Positions 12,313 to 26,500 of a DNA stretch of 64,000 nucleotides are shown in pieces. Position numbers and translations under genes: made by a program. The DNA is taken from assembly GCA_043228905.1 (NCBI GenBank), contig JBHGNT010000014.1, positions 16,058,001 to 16,122,000 on the forward strand, written 5' to 3'. Every line of letters starts with the position of its first letter. Within the stretch, counting starts at the first letter, position 1. Below the pieces are notes generated by a model, which saw only the letters and a list, made by a program, of their open reading frames with translations, made no database searches and had not been told where the DNA came from. The stretch is from Azolla caroliniana (Eukaryota > Plantae > Polypodiophyta).

Positions 12313-15300
12313 TCAGTAATATCTAGGACCTTGAAGGTCATAAGTAGAATCCATGTGACCACCATGATAAGATGGATACATAGATGTATCCCTCTGCAAA
12401 AACATCAGATCAATAAATCCACCTTAGCAAGCACATAATCATTACACGTAAATTATAAAACAAAACCTCAGGGACATAGGTTGCTGTATCTAGAAGCATT
12501 GTGTTATAATCGTCATAAGCTGATGTAGTCCCAACCTTCCCAACTCCACCTGAATTCTCAATCAGTTCCATTTTTACTATATGTATGAGAGAGATATGTA
12601 AGAAACACATATAACACACTTACTTCCACCACCATAGTAAGGTTCTGCTAAGCCTGTCCTCCCTTGCCTAACACTGGGCCCACTCGGAGACCTAAGACAA
12701 TACAAAAGAAAACAAAATGACTAGATTTAAATTGGCGTCCAAAACTTAGGAATATGCTCTTCGAGAAAGCAAATGAACAACATATCACACCTTACAAAGC
12801 CTGAATATTGGAAAAGTGTCTCTGGCAAGGGACCAGAAGCTGCATAGTCAACTCTAGCCCTAGGATATGCTCTTCGGTTAGAACTGTAATAGCTAGAATC
12901 CTCATCCTAGAGAGGGAAACACAAAAATGATTCAAATATGACCAGTTTAGACTTTAAAAATGATTCAGAAGGAGCAATATATACTTGAAAGACATGAAAT
13001 ATTATCATTGTCAAATGCCCCTACATACCCAAACTGAAGCTGGTCTCCTCATTCCAAGGGCTGACTCACCATAATCGTGGACATTACCAGCACCTTCTCG
13101 TCCATATATGTGAGGCCCCGCATCATCATATGGAGAAACATAATGGTCTGTGCGAACAGATCTACTGCTAGGAGATGGATCTCGCTGATGAAAATGCTGA
13201 GATTTGTAATCATCCCTGGCAGCACCGGGCCCTGGCATCCTTCCTCTCAATGCACCACTATCAGAAAAATGGTTACTGTGCACGCGAGTAACATCTTGTT
13301 CCCTATGTCTGAAGGGTTTAGCACTGCCACTTCGTCTATCATTATATGATTTACTCTCCCTGTTCCTAGAGTGAGCACCTCTTGTAGGGCCTTTCCCATA
13401 TTGAGACCCTATATGCATCAACTATAATGGTTAGATGTCTAAAATCTGGCAGCACCCCTCACTAGTTAGTGGCAGTATGAATAATATTATCACCTCTGCC
13501 TCTTGCATTTGAAGCCCAAGAGCCTTGTTCTTCCCTCAAAGTTCTGACTAGCATGAGAACGTCTTCCTCATCATCTAAACGTTTCCCTCCGTATCCTGGT
13601 CTACCATTATTCCAATCAAACCCTCTACCACCTCTTTTTGAGCCAAAACGTGGGGCCCTCGACCAACCTTATAAAGGGTTAGAGACACATCTTAGCATAA
13701 ATCATTTATTCATTTATTACTTATTACTTTTTGGTCAACGGCCAACCTTCAACCCTGGTCAACTGTCCTCTACTCTGACCAGCATAATCTCTATGTGTAC
13801 TCCATTGTTCACCTCTATTTTTATGCATGCGCCTTGTGAAAGACACTTTTACCTTTACCTGAAACAAAAATTGGAAATACATCCCAAGTCGCACTGGTAG
13901 TCTTTAGAAACTATGTTCATTTCAAATTACCTTCCTATCTTCATCCAGAAGCTCTAATTCTTGGCAGGCTTCAACACACGCCGATGCACTCTCTGGATTC
14001 ACAAAATTAACAAAGGCAAAGTCTTTCCTTTTGGCAGATGCAATATCACGCGCGAAAATAGTGCGCTCAATTTCACCAAATCTGCCAAAGTTTTGCTTTA
14101 CATTATCATCTGTCCAATTTGATGGGATACCATCCACAAAGACAGATTTCACCTTCACAAAAAGCAGAAAGGCAAAGAGATTTTACACTTGCTTCCTGAG
14201 AAGTTTTCCGGAAAATAGTTTATAATAGAGCAAATTAGACCTCTGAGTTGACAGAGATAGGCTCATTTAAGGGCTGGGCCCATGATATCCTAGAAGGCCT
14301 GTCATGGCCAAACTGAACGCCTGGCTTTTGCAAGCGTTGAAAGGCATTTACAGCATCATAGTGTGTAGCCAACTCCAAAAATGCATACCCTCGGTTCAAT
14401 GCTTCATTATGAGGATCAGCTATTAAAGTTAAGTCTTCGATACCATCAATTCCATACTCCCGGAGTTTTTGAAACACCTGAAATCAAAGAGATGACAATG
14501 ATTCTTTTAGGGAAATCAACAATCATCATTGTTCACCATCAAGAAGACGTGAGTTTTTTTAACCTCTGAAGATTTCCAATCTCTTGATATGTTACCGATA
14601 AACAAGGTGTCATTATCTTGATTCGGAAGCACACCACATTCTTTACCACGTATCTGAACACATGAGAAGGGACATGATGAAAAGTTTAAGCATAAGTTGA
14701 CTTTACCAAGGAATGTACAAATTTGAGAAGGCTGGAGCTGGACAAAAATCTTTAATGTAACTATGCATGTATTCATCTAAAATAAGAAAAAAATCAATGT
14801 ACAAGCCACGTTTAAGGTTGAGCATTCATCTACCTTTGTCACAGCAAATTCAGTCAAGGCTCTAGCAGCCTGATCAGCACTACCGAACCGAACAAATGCA
14901 TATCCTTTGTTTTTCCCAGTTACTGGATTCATCATCAATCGCACTTCAACAACATCCCCCAATGATTTGAATGCATGCCTCACATCAGCTTCTGTTGCAT
15001 CTTTGTCAAGTCCACCAACAAAAACCTCTAACCTTTTTCTCTTCTGCCTTTCTGCAATAGGCCTTGTTTGGGCAGTGTATTCTTCTCTACCCCGCCCATC
15101 CTCTTCCTGCTCCTCTTCTTCTTCATCGTTTTCATCCGGATCAAACTCATCAACTTCACATTGGAATCCCTCAGCAGCAACATCTATCATTAGTGCCTCT
15201 TCAGACTCACCTTCAACAAACTTTTCCTCTTGCTTCTTATGATCAATTTCATGATGTGGCTTTTCATGCTCAGCCTCTATACCCTTACTTGTAAGGATAC

Positions 15301-15874
15301 TACTTCCCGCTCTTCCGTCTGAATTCGGCTTGTTCCTTTGTATAGAGGATTTACCGTCTTCGATGCCACCTCTATCCTTGGCAGGTGATTTATTTTTTTT
15401 GCTTTCTTGAGGTGAGCTAATCAACGTGGTAGTTCCCTTATCAAGAGTTTTCTCGGTGGTTGAATCCAAAGCAACAGCTTCCTTTGAGACATTATTCTCA
15501 GTGATGGAATCAGTGCGAGTTGGTTGCTTTGTAGCATTCTCGATGATCACATCAGACTGATTTTCAACACTGGAAATCCCAACAGATGCAGAAAGGGCAA
15601 CAGCTTTAGCTTTTTTCCGAACAACTATTGTTTTCTTTACTATTATAATTTTCTTCTTCCGCTTGGGCGCATCTGCTTGTATACTATCAAAATTGCTTCT
15701 TTCATCTTCATTCTTCCAATCCATGTTTAAGGTTTCCGGGTGCTTCAACAGACAAGTTTGAGCATGTATAACATCTTTTGCAGGTGCTATTGCGGTCGAT
15801 AAGGTTTTGGATGCAGAATTTGTTTTAGCAACAGATTCTTTCTTAACTATTTTCTTCACAGCTGGGACCTTCAT
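12313..15874 (-). CDS. hnRNP R/Q-like RNA-binding protein with three RRMs, long charged N-terminus and RGG/Y-rich tail (multi-exon)
   Basis: RRM1 EVFVGGLDKD..KNKGYAFVRF, RRM2 TLFIGNI..NRGYAFLEL, RRM3 SVFVDGIP..RKDFAFVNF. GT-AG exons 15874-14834, 14653-14564, 14477-14241, 14152-13931, 13858-13747, 13667-13494, 13408-13029, plus four short exons to a TGA at 12315-12313. Confidence 0.88.
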
Positions 15875-16445
15875 AATCTGTGAATAAAAAGGGGTTCCTA
15901 CATCAGTGTTTTCATTCTACACCAATGGGTATGTTCTGATCTCATAACTCCATAGGTATTCCGGAATCTTTTCAAGTCAAGGTAAGATGTTATCCCTGTG
16001 ATGGAGATGCAAACAACCCTGACAGAGTCTAAACAGCCTGAGGATGCAACACACACACACACACACACACATACCCTTTATTATATCCACCAAGGAGAAG
16101 ATGAGAGCTTGGCTGCCTCCAGCCTCCTTCCAACAGCATCAGAAAGAGAAGTTATTTTCAAAGAATTAGGGCTCTTTCCATCTCCTCCTCTGTACCTCTA
16201 GGCTCTGAAAGAAAAAAACAGGGCACCTCAGTAAGCTGGGGCAAAGCTAAATTAGTTAGCTACACATGAGGGAGGGGAGGCAGAGGATTCATCGTTTATA
16301 TTTTTTGTGTCTAAAGTGTCTGTGTGTGTAGTATGTACATATTGTTTCATGGTGTTGTGTCACGGATCGGTCATTTGATGAGTGTGCTCGAGGTAATCTT
16401 GTGCTCGGCATTTTGTATGTGATTGAGGCTCCGTGTGAACTTTGG

Positions 16446-16706
16446 GGTGTGTGTGTGTGTGTGTGTGTGTGTGTCGGGCACATCGCATAAAATGCGCTCT
16501 ATTGTGGCCTTCTTCGTCTTGGAGTCTCATTAATTTCTGTGAGATGGTGCTTGAACTACATACATTGTCACAATCGCGTCGTGTAGTTGTAGATCCCTTC
16601 ATTGTGGGGTTTCCCAATGTTGCTGTAGGTCACATGTCTTGTCCTCCAAATAAACGTAAAGTCCAAACTCTCATGAAGGATATGTGGTTGTGGTTGTGGT
16701 TGTGGT

Positions 16707-16737
<31 letters not shown>

Positions 16738-16760
16738 GTATGTATGTATGTATGTATGCA
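16446..16760. repeat. (GT)n, (TGTGGT)n, (TGTATG)n and (TGTA)n microsatellites
   Basis: Read directly. Confidence 0.9.
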
Positions 16761-17449
16761 TCTCTATGAGCCCAAAGCAACACATCATTCTAATCTTTGA
16801 AGTTTGGCCCATGACTCGATCGTTCTATAAGCCCACTTGTCTTATTACTAAAGGTTACCATTGAGACTCTGAGTGCACATTGTGAGTGATAGAGATTGGA
16901 TCGAGTTGACGATGTGGGGAAAGCAATTTCGCTCACAACCAAAGGTGAAGCATTGCGATAGAGTGTGATCCTTAGATTATGTTTTTAGAATAAAATATCC
17001 ACAAACAACAAGTCCCCTCACATGCGTTCTAATATCTCACCTCAATGAAGGAGAGTGCAGTAATGGATGTAATTGTGTGTATGGTGAATAAAGGGGATGA
17101 GCTCTATGTGCGCCAGTATGATTTGCCCATTCAAAGATGGAAATGGTTTTATGGTTTGGTGTTGTATGCGTAATATCAAGTGTAAAATGTAAGCCTTCTT
17201 ATTTATTCTAAATCATGTGCATCAACATTGCAAAGAAGCCTCATTCATTAAGGAATCTATTAAGGCACCATAAGTGCAAGTTTCAAGTCCAGAATCTCTC
17301 TTTTTAAAAGAAATTATACATATATCACTAGAAATAATTATCATAGCCATTCAATAAAAATGTTCTTATAGATGTATACAACTGGATCATTGTGTGCAAG
17401 TTAAAGCACGAGCAATACGTGGTGAAATGCTCTTAGCACTTAGTGCATG

Positions 17450-17937
17450 TGAGACTATTACGGGCATGACCATATAATATCCCGTGGTGAGAATTTACCG
17501 TAGTATTCTATACACGTGGATAAGTGTGAGGGTTAAACGAGAGTGTAAAGAAGGGGAGGATTACTTTTAAATCCTCGAGATTGAGACAACCCATTAGGCC
17601 AAGTGTGAACATGGCCGGGGGCCTTGGGTATCGCTATAAATAGAGGCCTAGCTACCCTCATTTCATCATCTTGTTGACTACGTCGAGACTCTGTCTTGTG
17701 GTGGGTCAACTCTTGTAGCGAGCGCGCCAGCACTAGGTACGACTCGACGCCACGGTGATGGTATGGGACGCCGATCGAGGCTCGAGTCCGTCTCGATCCC
17801 TTCACTCGGGGGTGGTCGGGTGGATCGGCACCCTTCTTTCTCTCTCTCCTTTCTATCTATTTATCTATTTTCTATCCTTATCTCATGCTTACATTAGTCT
17901 ATGTCTCTAATAGAGACCCTAAATAAAGGGCACATCA
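17450..17937 (+). mobile_element. Possible solo LTR
   Basis: Locally GC/CpG-rich island with CTATAAATAG near 17634 and an LTR-like end GGGCACATCA at 17937; 5' boundary and TSD not identified. Confidence 0.35.
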
Positions 17938-18413
17938 TCTTATGTGTGTTTGGGGAGGGAGAGAGAAAAACATTAAGTATCTTATGAGTGGGGAAGAATA
18001 AAAGAGCAACATGGCTCACAAATTCTTGAGAGGGTTTAAGTCCAATCACACTTTTTCCCATTTGAGTATGTTCTATGTGGTGTATTGGGTTTGTTTAATC
18101 TAATCTAATGTAAATGTTATAACTTAATGCTTTAGTATATATGTATGTATATGTATATATAGAAAATCATAAGTCTTTCAAAATTTTCTCATGGTCCTTT
18201 GGTGGAGGTTATACAATTGATCCTAAAGTTTGCAAGCTTGAGACCTCGCTCAACAAGAATATTTTTTATAAACTATCTTTATGTTGCTTGATCAAAACTT
18301 GCATATACATGCTCAATGCTTGTTTATATGTGTGCGATGCATACTTCATGACAATGTGTTGTGTGATCCAAACCATTTCTTGATTTGCATCAATCCAAAA
18401 TGTGATATATTAT

Positions 18414-18797
18414 TGTTGTGTGCCTCTCAAACTTGTTTACTAGGTTCCTATGCGATATAGGATGTCCATGTAAGGGTTTTTATTTTAAACCTTTGAGCAT
18501 GTACTCCACTACCCACTCTGTGATCTCAATGGGAAGTGATATACTCTCGATAAGCACGAGAATGTATGAGATTTGTATGTTGAATTACAAAAATTTAATG
18601 AACGTGTTGTGTGCCTCTCAAACTTGTTTACTAGGTTCCTATGCGATATAGGATGTCTGTGTAAGGGTTTTTATTTTTAACCTTTGAGCATGTACTCCAC
18701 TACCCACTCCGTGATCTCAATGGGAAGTGATATACTCTCGATAAGCACGAGAATGTATGACATTTGTATGTTGAATTACAAAAATTTAATAAACGTG
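18414..18797. repeat. Recent tandem duplication, 191 bp x2
   Basis: TGTTGTGTGCCTCTCAAACTTG starts at 18414 and 18605; copies nearly identical. Confidence 0.93.
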
Positions 18798-19659
18798 TTC
18801 AGACATTTCCAAGACACCTTCCAAGTGAGTTTAGAGATGTTGTCGGCCCACATTTAACCACATTGGGAAACACTAGTGTCACTGAAGTGTCAATGACGAA
18901 TTTCTTGAGCACCCAACAATTGATTTCTTCTACATTGCATGTGACCTCCAATACGTAGTAATCTTTCTTTCTTGATTAGAGATTAGGTAACGATGCCCTC
19001 ACAACGTAAAGTTTTAGAGCTATTAACATTCAACCTACTACACATTCAAAAGGTTTTGGCCAAAAACTTTACACTGTAGTTATATTCATTGGAGTAACTT
19101 TTTTCATGCCTTATTTTTTTAACATAGTGGTTTTCTTCTGATACATCTACACATAAACCAATGAGAGTCAACAAGAGTGACTATCCTTGTTTAACACGGA
19201 GTTGTGTATGGGATTCCACCTCCCAAGTCATACATCATACCACATTCTCATAGATGCAAGAAATTACAAACATATATCCATAATTCTCTTTAGTTTTGCG
19301 TCCATTTCTAATCTAAATAACTTAGCATTAACTAGAGAATCAAACATGGTTGTTTCACAACTATTTATATTATTTTCAATTCCACCTTATGAAAATATTT
19401 GATATAATTTGTAATCTAGTAGTGAGGCGTGCATGCTAATAACTATTATGCATCTTGCTCAGTATTGTTAGAGATCCCCACGAATCAATTCGAACTCTAG
19501 CCTCTATCCTTCTGTTGGTCGTGGGAGTTACAATAAAGGTTTTAATGATCATATGGCTTGAACGAAAGGTGTTTATGGGGGTACAACAACATATTGAACC
19601 GTAATAACATATCTCCTATCCAAATAGTCTCATTCTCCCATCCATTGGAGCAACTTCGA

Positions 19660-20103
19660 TATTGATACTTAAAAGATATATTGCCTTAATAGTGTACGAT
19701 TTCTCAAACCCATTGCATGTACAACCTATATGGTAAAAGAAGCGACTCTTTGCGAAGAAAACTTTAATTATAGAAGCAACTTTCCATATTGCTTCATCTC
19801 TGTTTCATCCATAGAAGTTCAACCATACATGTGTGTATCCTCTTGTAACTTTGAGATATGTGGCAAGTTTGTATACGTATGTTGATACTTTGAAGATATA
19901 TTGCATCGACGTTAGATGATTTCTCAAACCCAATGCAGGTATATTGTCTATAGTAAAAGAACAACTATTTGTGATGAACACTTTGCACTTTAATGATAGA
20001 AGAAACTTTCCATATTGCTCCATCTCATTTTCATCCATACAAGTTCAACCACACATGTGTGTATCCCCCTTGCAACTTCAAGATATGTGGCAAGTTTGTA
20101 TAC
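19660..20103. repeat. Older tandem duplication, ~220 bp x2
   Basis: TTGATACTT..AAGATATATTGC...TTCTCAAACCCA...GATATGTGGCAAGTTTGTATAC present twice, with divergence. Confidence 0.85.
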
Positions 20104-20554
20104 TTGCTTTTAAGGCAATAACCTCTCCTTTGGCTTTGCATTGGGCAATCCATCCTATAGAGAGAGGGGAAAAGTTAATCATTATTCAAACCAACAAAAG
20201 AAATTTGAAATTTGATTTAGTGTAAGTACCAACCCTTATCTCATAGTACTTATTATGCTCCATGTCATTGAGAAGAGACACATACTCTCTTGGTAATTTC
20301 TTCTTAATTACACATTTTAGCCATCCTTATCCTCTTTATAGCCTTCAAATCATTTCCCATACGATCCAATAGTTTGCATTATAATGATCTAAACCTTGAA
20401 TCCTTCGAGTACCATTCTCCGAAGCTTTAACAAGAAGCATCTATATGATGTATATCCATTAGCTCAGCCAAACCAATTCCATTTATGATTCAAAAAACAT
20501 GATCGTAGAAGTCACAAGTTAGTAGTTCCATAGGTTTGTCCCTAAACCAATCCT

Positions 20555-21232
<678 letters not shown>

Positions 21233-21269
21233 ATGCAGAGAGAAGAAAGTGAAACAGAGTGTAGGAAAA

Positions 21270-24200
21270 ATGAAGACTCAGGAAATCTCTTCTTCTTCTT
21301 CTTCTTCTTCTTCTCCTTCAGCGCCAGAGAGAAGGAAGAAGAGGAAGGATGCAGGTCGGAGGAGCAGGGGTAGCTGTGTCTACGACTCCACCGTTGGGAT
21401 TACCTGCCACTTCTGCCGTCAGAAAACCGTTGACAAGAAGGTGTGGTGCAACAAATGTGTTTCAGCCTTTTGCAGAAGATGTCTCAGGACTCGGCATGGA
21501 GAAGACCTCGATGTCGAGCTCCTCTATGGCCGTTGGATTTGCCCTAAATGCAGGGGAGGATGTGGCCCTGCCTGCAAGAACTGGTTCTCTGTTTCTTGTT
21601 ATGATAATTTTCTCCCTTTAAAAAGTAACCTCGTGAATAAGTTCTGTGACTTGCTTGTGTTAAACAAACTGTAGTGAATATTTGCTTCGTTTATGTGTTA
21701 TGAATTACTTTACCAGTGGATCCATCCTATTGCTGTTCATATTTATTTATTCATATTTTTCTATTTTGCTATCAATGCTGTACCAGTGGTCATATCCTGT
21801 ACTGCTTTATGTATTTATTCATATTTTTCTATCAATACAGTTGCAACTGTGGACCCTGTCGTGCAAAAGATGGGTTATTGCCACCAAAAATATTGGTTTC
21901 CGAGTTAAGTGCTTCAGGCTTCGACAATGTGCATGACTACTTGATCCATTTGAAAACAAAGGAATCTCCACAAGACATAAGTGCAAGAAAATCAGGAAGA
22001 GGATGGTGTAAGTCACATTTCAAAGGAATAGACCAGACAAAGAGTTCACCAGCATGCCATGATCAAGACATAGGCAATGAACCTGGCATGCATAGTAGTC
22101 TCAATATAAGCAATCCAATGGGTTTAAAAGATTTAAATGTGACAAATAGTCTGTTGTTTTCCCACAATGAAGTCATTGTCAGTGGACTTTGCATGAATAA
22201 TAGTGCTACCAAAAGCAGTCCAATGGGTTTGAAAGATATAAGTGCGTCAAGGAGTAGGATGCCTTCTCACAATCAAGACATTAGCAGTGGATTTTGCATG
22301 AATAATAGTGCCACCAAAAGCACCCCAATTGTTTTGAAAGATATAAGTATGACAAAGAGTCACTTTTCTTTTCACAATCGAGACATTGGTGGCGATTTTA
22401 CCAAGAGTAATTTAAGGGATTTGAAAGGAATAGATGCTGGTGTGCATAATAAGGCTACCAAAAGCAATCCAATGGGGTTGAATGCAATGGATGTGGCAAA
22501 GAGTTTGATGAAAGATAACAATAATGACAATGCCACCACAAGCAGTCAAATGGTATTGAAAGGACTAGATATGACTGAGAGTTTGATGGCATTCCATGAT
22601 CAAGCCACAGGTAACAACTGTAGCATGTATAATAGTCTCACCAAAGATGTTGGTGTGCATAATAAAGCCACCAAAAGCAATACAGTATGTTTAAAAGCAA
22701 TAGATTTGGCAAATAGTTTGATGAAATATGAGCACCAAGACAAGGGTTACAACTCTGAAATGTGTAGCAATGCTAACAAAAGCAGTCAAATAGGCTTGAA
22801 AGGACTAGATAAGGCCGACAGTTTGATGGAATTCCATGATCGAGCCAGGGATGATGACTCTAGCATGTATAGTAGTTCCACCAAAGATGTTGGTGTGTAT
22901 GATAATGCCAGCAAAAGCAATCCAATGGTTTTGAAAGCAATAGAAGTAGTAAGGAGTTCGATGAAATATCACAATCAAGAGAAGGGCTACAACACTGAAA
23001 TATATAGCAATGCTAGAAAAAGCAGTGAAATGAGCTTGAAAGGACTAGATATAATCGAGAGTTTGATGGCATTCCATGATCGAGCCAAGGGTAATGACTC
23101 TAACATGTATAGTTGTACCAAAAGCATTAACCTAATGTGTGATCATAAAAGTAAAGTAAAAACAGAGGTGTTGATGGAGTCTGAAGTAGAACATGATGCG
23201 TGCCATGTGTCTTGTGCAAGACAAAAAATTTCCAAAGTTAACGGTGAAATGCACATTGTAACAGCTGAAGCGAAAAGATCAAAGGTTCAACCTGATTTTG
23301 ATGACACAAGAAGTTTAGAACCCTTACAGAATGATGATCATGGTTATGACTCTAGGACATGTGGTGCTACCATGGAAAGCAGTCTGAGTGATAGAGGTAT
23401 AGATAAAATAAGAACAGGCAGAAAAGAATCAGTCTTAAGGGTGCCGATATGTTTTCATTCAAGGAAAGCTTTTGAATATAATCTTAAAGCCATTCTTTCA
23501 GCTCCATTCAATGCCATTGAGCTAAGAGATAAATGGGAAAATGTAAGATGCCGCAGAATGGTCTGCAAGAGTGTGGAGACAGGAGTAGGGACATCTGATT
23601 TGCCAACAAAAAGACTGGGTCTCTCTTACATTGACTACTATCCAGGTGTGCAAATTATTAAAAGCACTTGACTTGGTTTTCTGTAGGTAAGTTTCTCTTT
23701 ATTACTAAGTCAAACAAACTTACATCGATCCTGAAGAGTCTGATATGTATTTTAAAGGTTGTCTGGTAATAGATTACATTTTTAAGGGCTAATGTCCAAA
23801 GCAAATCTCGAAGTTTGAACATTTGTATTTTGCATAGTGTGATTCCATTTTTAAAGCTAATGTCGAATATAAATAGATGAATAGTTTCCTTATATGTTCA
23901 TATGTATAAGATATTCTAATCTCCAAAGGAGAGACTTGTTTTACAAGAAGCTTAGGGATTGTTTTTTGAATCTTAGAATAGCATTTCTCATGATTTGAAT
24001 CAAAGAATCAGGAAAACAGAAAGCGATTAGGATAGGTGTGATCGGCTGAAGTGAATAATAAACATATGCGCTTATAGAAAGGAATTTCAAAATTTGAAGG
24101 CAGACTTGTTTGTATGGAATTTAGAACATTTATTGTCATGATTTTTGCAGACTTTGCATCTAGGCTCACAGCAAACACCTCTCCAGAAGAGAAGCTTAGA

Positions 24201-25347
24201 CTTTTGCGTGGTTTCTTCTTTTGGCTCGAGGTAATCCATTTTTCTAGAGCTTCAGCATGTTCTCTTTCTCTCTTTTTTTCTTTTGGATTTGTAATCATGT
24301 GCAACTTATGAAGGACTCACCATACCCAAAAACGGAAAACGTTGAATAGAAGATAATTTGAGTAAGGGTACCTCTGCTATAATGATCTTACAATCAATAA
24401 CAGTTTTGTTTTCGTGAGGTCTGGACATTAAAACTGAGAAGAGGATGAATAAGGAAGTAAAAATAAAAGTTAACTTCTTCATAAGAAAACATGGACTTAT
24501 CTTATAGACCATATGAAAGAAAATTGTACATTCTTTGATGGAATACATAATTGAATCCTTTATTATGTGCTCAGCATGCTGGCACTTCTGGTGCATTCAA
24601 ACCATGGGTAGAGAAGGAAAAAGAAGATCCAGAATGTATCGAGCTTGATGGTCCTGATTGTGAGGTATATATATCCTGATTCTTTGTTGCGTCGAACAAT
24701 TAGAGCTGCATAATAATTTTAAAAACAAGCAAACTGGGCGTGCATGGAAAACCTCTACTTGTAACAAGAAATTTTTATCATTGAAAATAAAATATTATTC
24801 TGATCATGTTCATGTTGGTACACTGTGCACCTTTGTAACAGTTTCCTGTCAAATTTGATTTGGAAAATTAGCAGTAAAAATAACTGTTTTGTCTTAAAGT
24901 GTTTCGGTTTTTTTTTCTATCATAGAGGCATTACATGAATGGATTCTTTTCAACTTTAAATATCTTGATATTTTATTAATCTTCAAAGACATAGTTCTTG
25001 CTTGATCTACATTGAGCCGTTCCTTCCTACCATGGTGTTTAATAATCACCAAAACCTTTTACGGATGTAATGTTTATTGTGCCATGCTAACTGCAATCAA
25101 TTTTATACTTAAAATCATTTGCCAGATCCTTGGAGAGGTGGTATCTGTGGATGATGATGACCAGGGTGGATCCGAAACCATGATTTGTATGGGAAATGAA
25201 AATGCTACAAGGCCAAACATGGATTTTGGACGACATTTTGTGCTTGACTGGGATTCTGAGGATATGAAACCAACAGTGAAAAGATGCCTTCGTATGCCGG
25301 TTTCCTCGCAATCGCTAAAGCAAGCGAAGGAAGAGTGTGACTATTGA
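21270..25347 (+). CDS. zf-4CXXC_R1 (CDCA7-like) zinc-finger protein with internal tandem repeats and a C-terminal uncharacterised plant domain
   Basis: YDSTVGITCHFCRQKT...FCRRCLRTRHGE...WICPKCRG...CNCGPCR...GFDNVHDYL. Phase-consistent GT-AG exons 21270-21583, 21841-23645, 24151-24230, 24575-24664, 25126-25347. Confidence 0.85.
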
Positions 25348-26269
25348 TGGAGAGCATTTTTGGCTGTGGATCATTATTAACATATTTTGCTTCCCCTATC
25401 TATGTACATATATTGAAGAAGGGGATAACTTTTAACTTAATGTGGGATTAGCAAGTGTAAATATAGATAATCCAAACAGTATACACACATATGTATGAAT
25501 GTACAGTTTTTGTGCCATATATATCGAAGTTTTGACTTACAATTTCATGATCATCTTACATGAAGTCGAGCTTTTCGATATTTACTAGTGGAAGCTGACA
25601 TTGTGTTGAGTTTCTAGATATTGGTGTTTAGTACTAAAATAGATGATTTAATGCAAAAACACTTTTTGTAGCATTGATATCATAATACTTGTATGATCCG
25701 CCATCATATCCTATTAATAATCTTCTTGACATTTAAAGTTGGAAATGTTTCGCTTACACCCTATGAGTATTTTTTGTTGCATGAAATCATATAGTTTTGA
25801 TGTGGTTTAAGTTTTTTCTGATGTTGTGGAAATAACAAGAATAAGTTTTTTTGACATTTAATAAGATTCTTGAAGTATGCAATAAAAAGGTATCAATGTT
25901 TTTATAGGATTAGGAAGAACTAATTAGGAAATTGCTATGTATATACAAAAGAAATGTGAGATGACTATAGAGAGGATGGTTGCTTGTTCAAACATGTTGA
26001 ATATGAAAGGGAGTGAGCTAGGGTGGGATTCAACTAGACATGTGTACCTTGTAGTGTCAACTTTTGTAACCTATATATGCACAAGTAGTTGGTTGTTGAT
26101 TGTATAAGGAAATCATTAGAATTAAACAAAAATACATTGTCTATTATTGTGTAGGAGTATATGAGCATGTGGTAATTATTTCAAACTATATGAGCAAATG
26201 TCATGCTTAGTTGTTTACATTTGACCTATAAGGAAAGCACTAGGCCCAATGCATGTCTTTGATGGTCCA

Positions 26270-26500
26270 ACACAAGTTAAAAATAATATATTAGGTGATG
26301 ATGAAAATCGATCTTCATGGGTATAGATTTCTCTCCTCTAGAGGAAGCCAAATTAGTAATACTCTCCTCAAAGAAATCAAGGACGTGTTTGTATGGAGCT
26401 ATGAGGACATGAAGATGTACCACCAGAGGTAGTTATGCACACTATCCCGATGCAAGACAATACACTTCTAGTCTTCCTGATGTTGCAAGGGGTATCATAG
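26270..26500 (+). mobile_element. Ty3/gypsy pol fragment (region just upstream of RT)
   Basis: LGDDEN...LLKEIKDVFVWSYEDMK-VPPEVVMHTIP matches the gypsy DxFAWSYxDMxG-P-HxI motif, with a frameshift. Confidence 0.7.

Noticed and set aside
21716-21840. N-terminal part of the 651-aa ORF as a real start
   Set aside because: AT-rich intron ending in a clear CAG at 21840; splicing from 21583 completes the zinc finger
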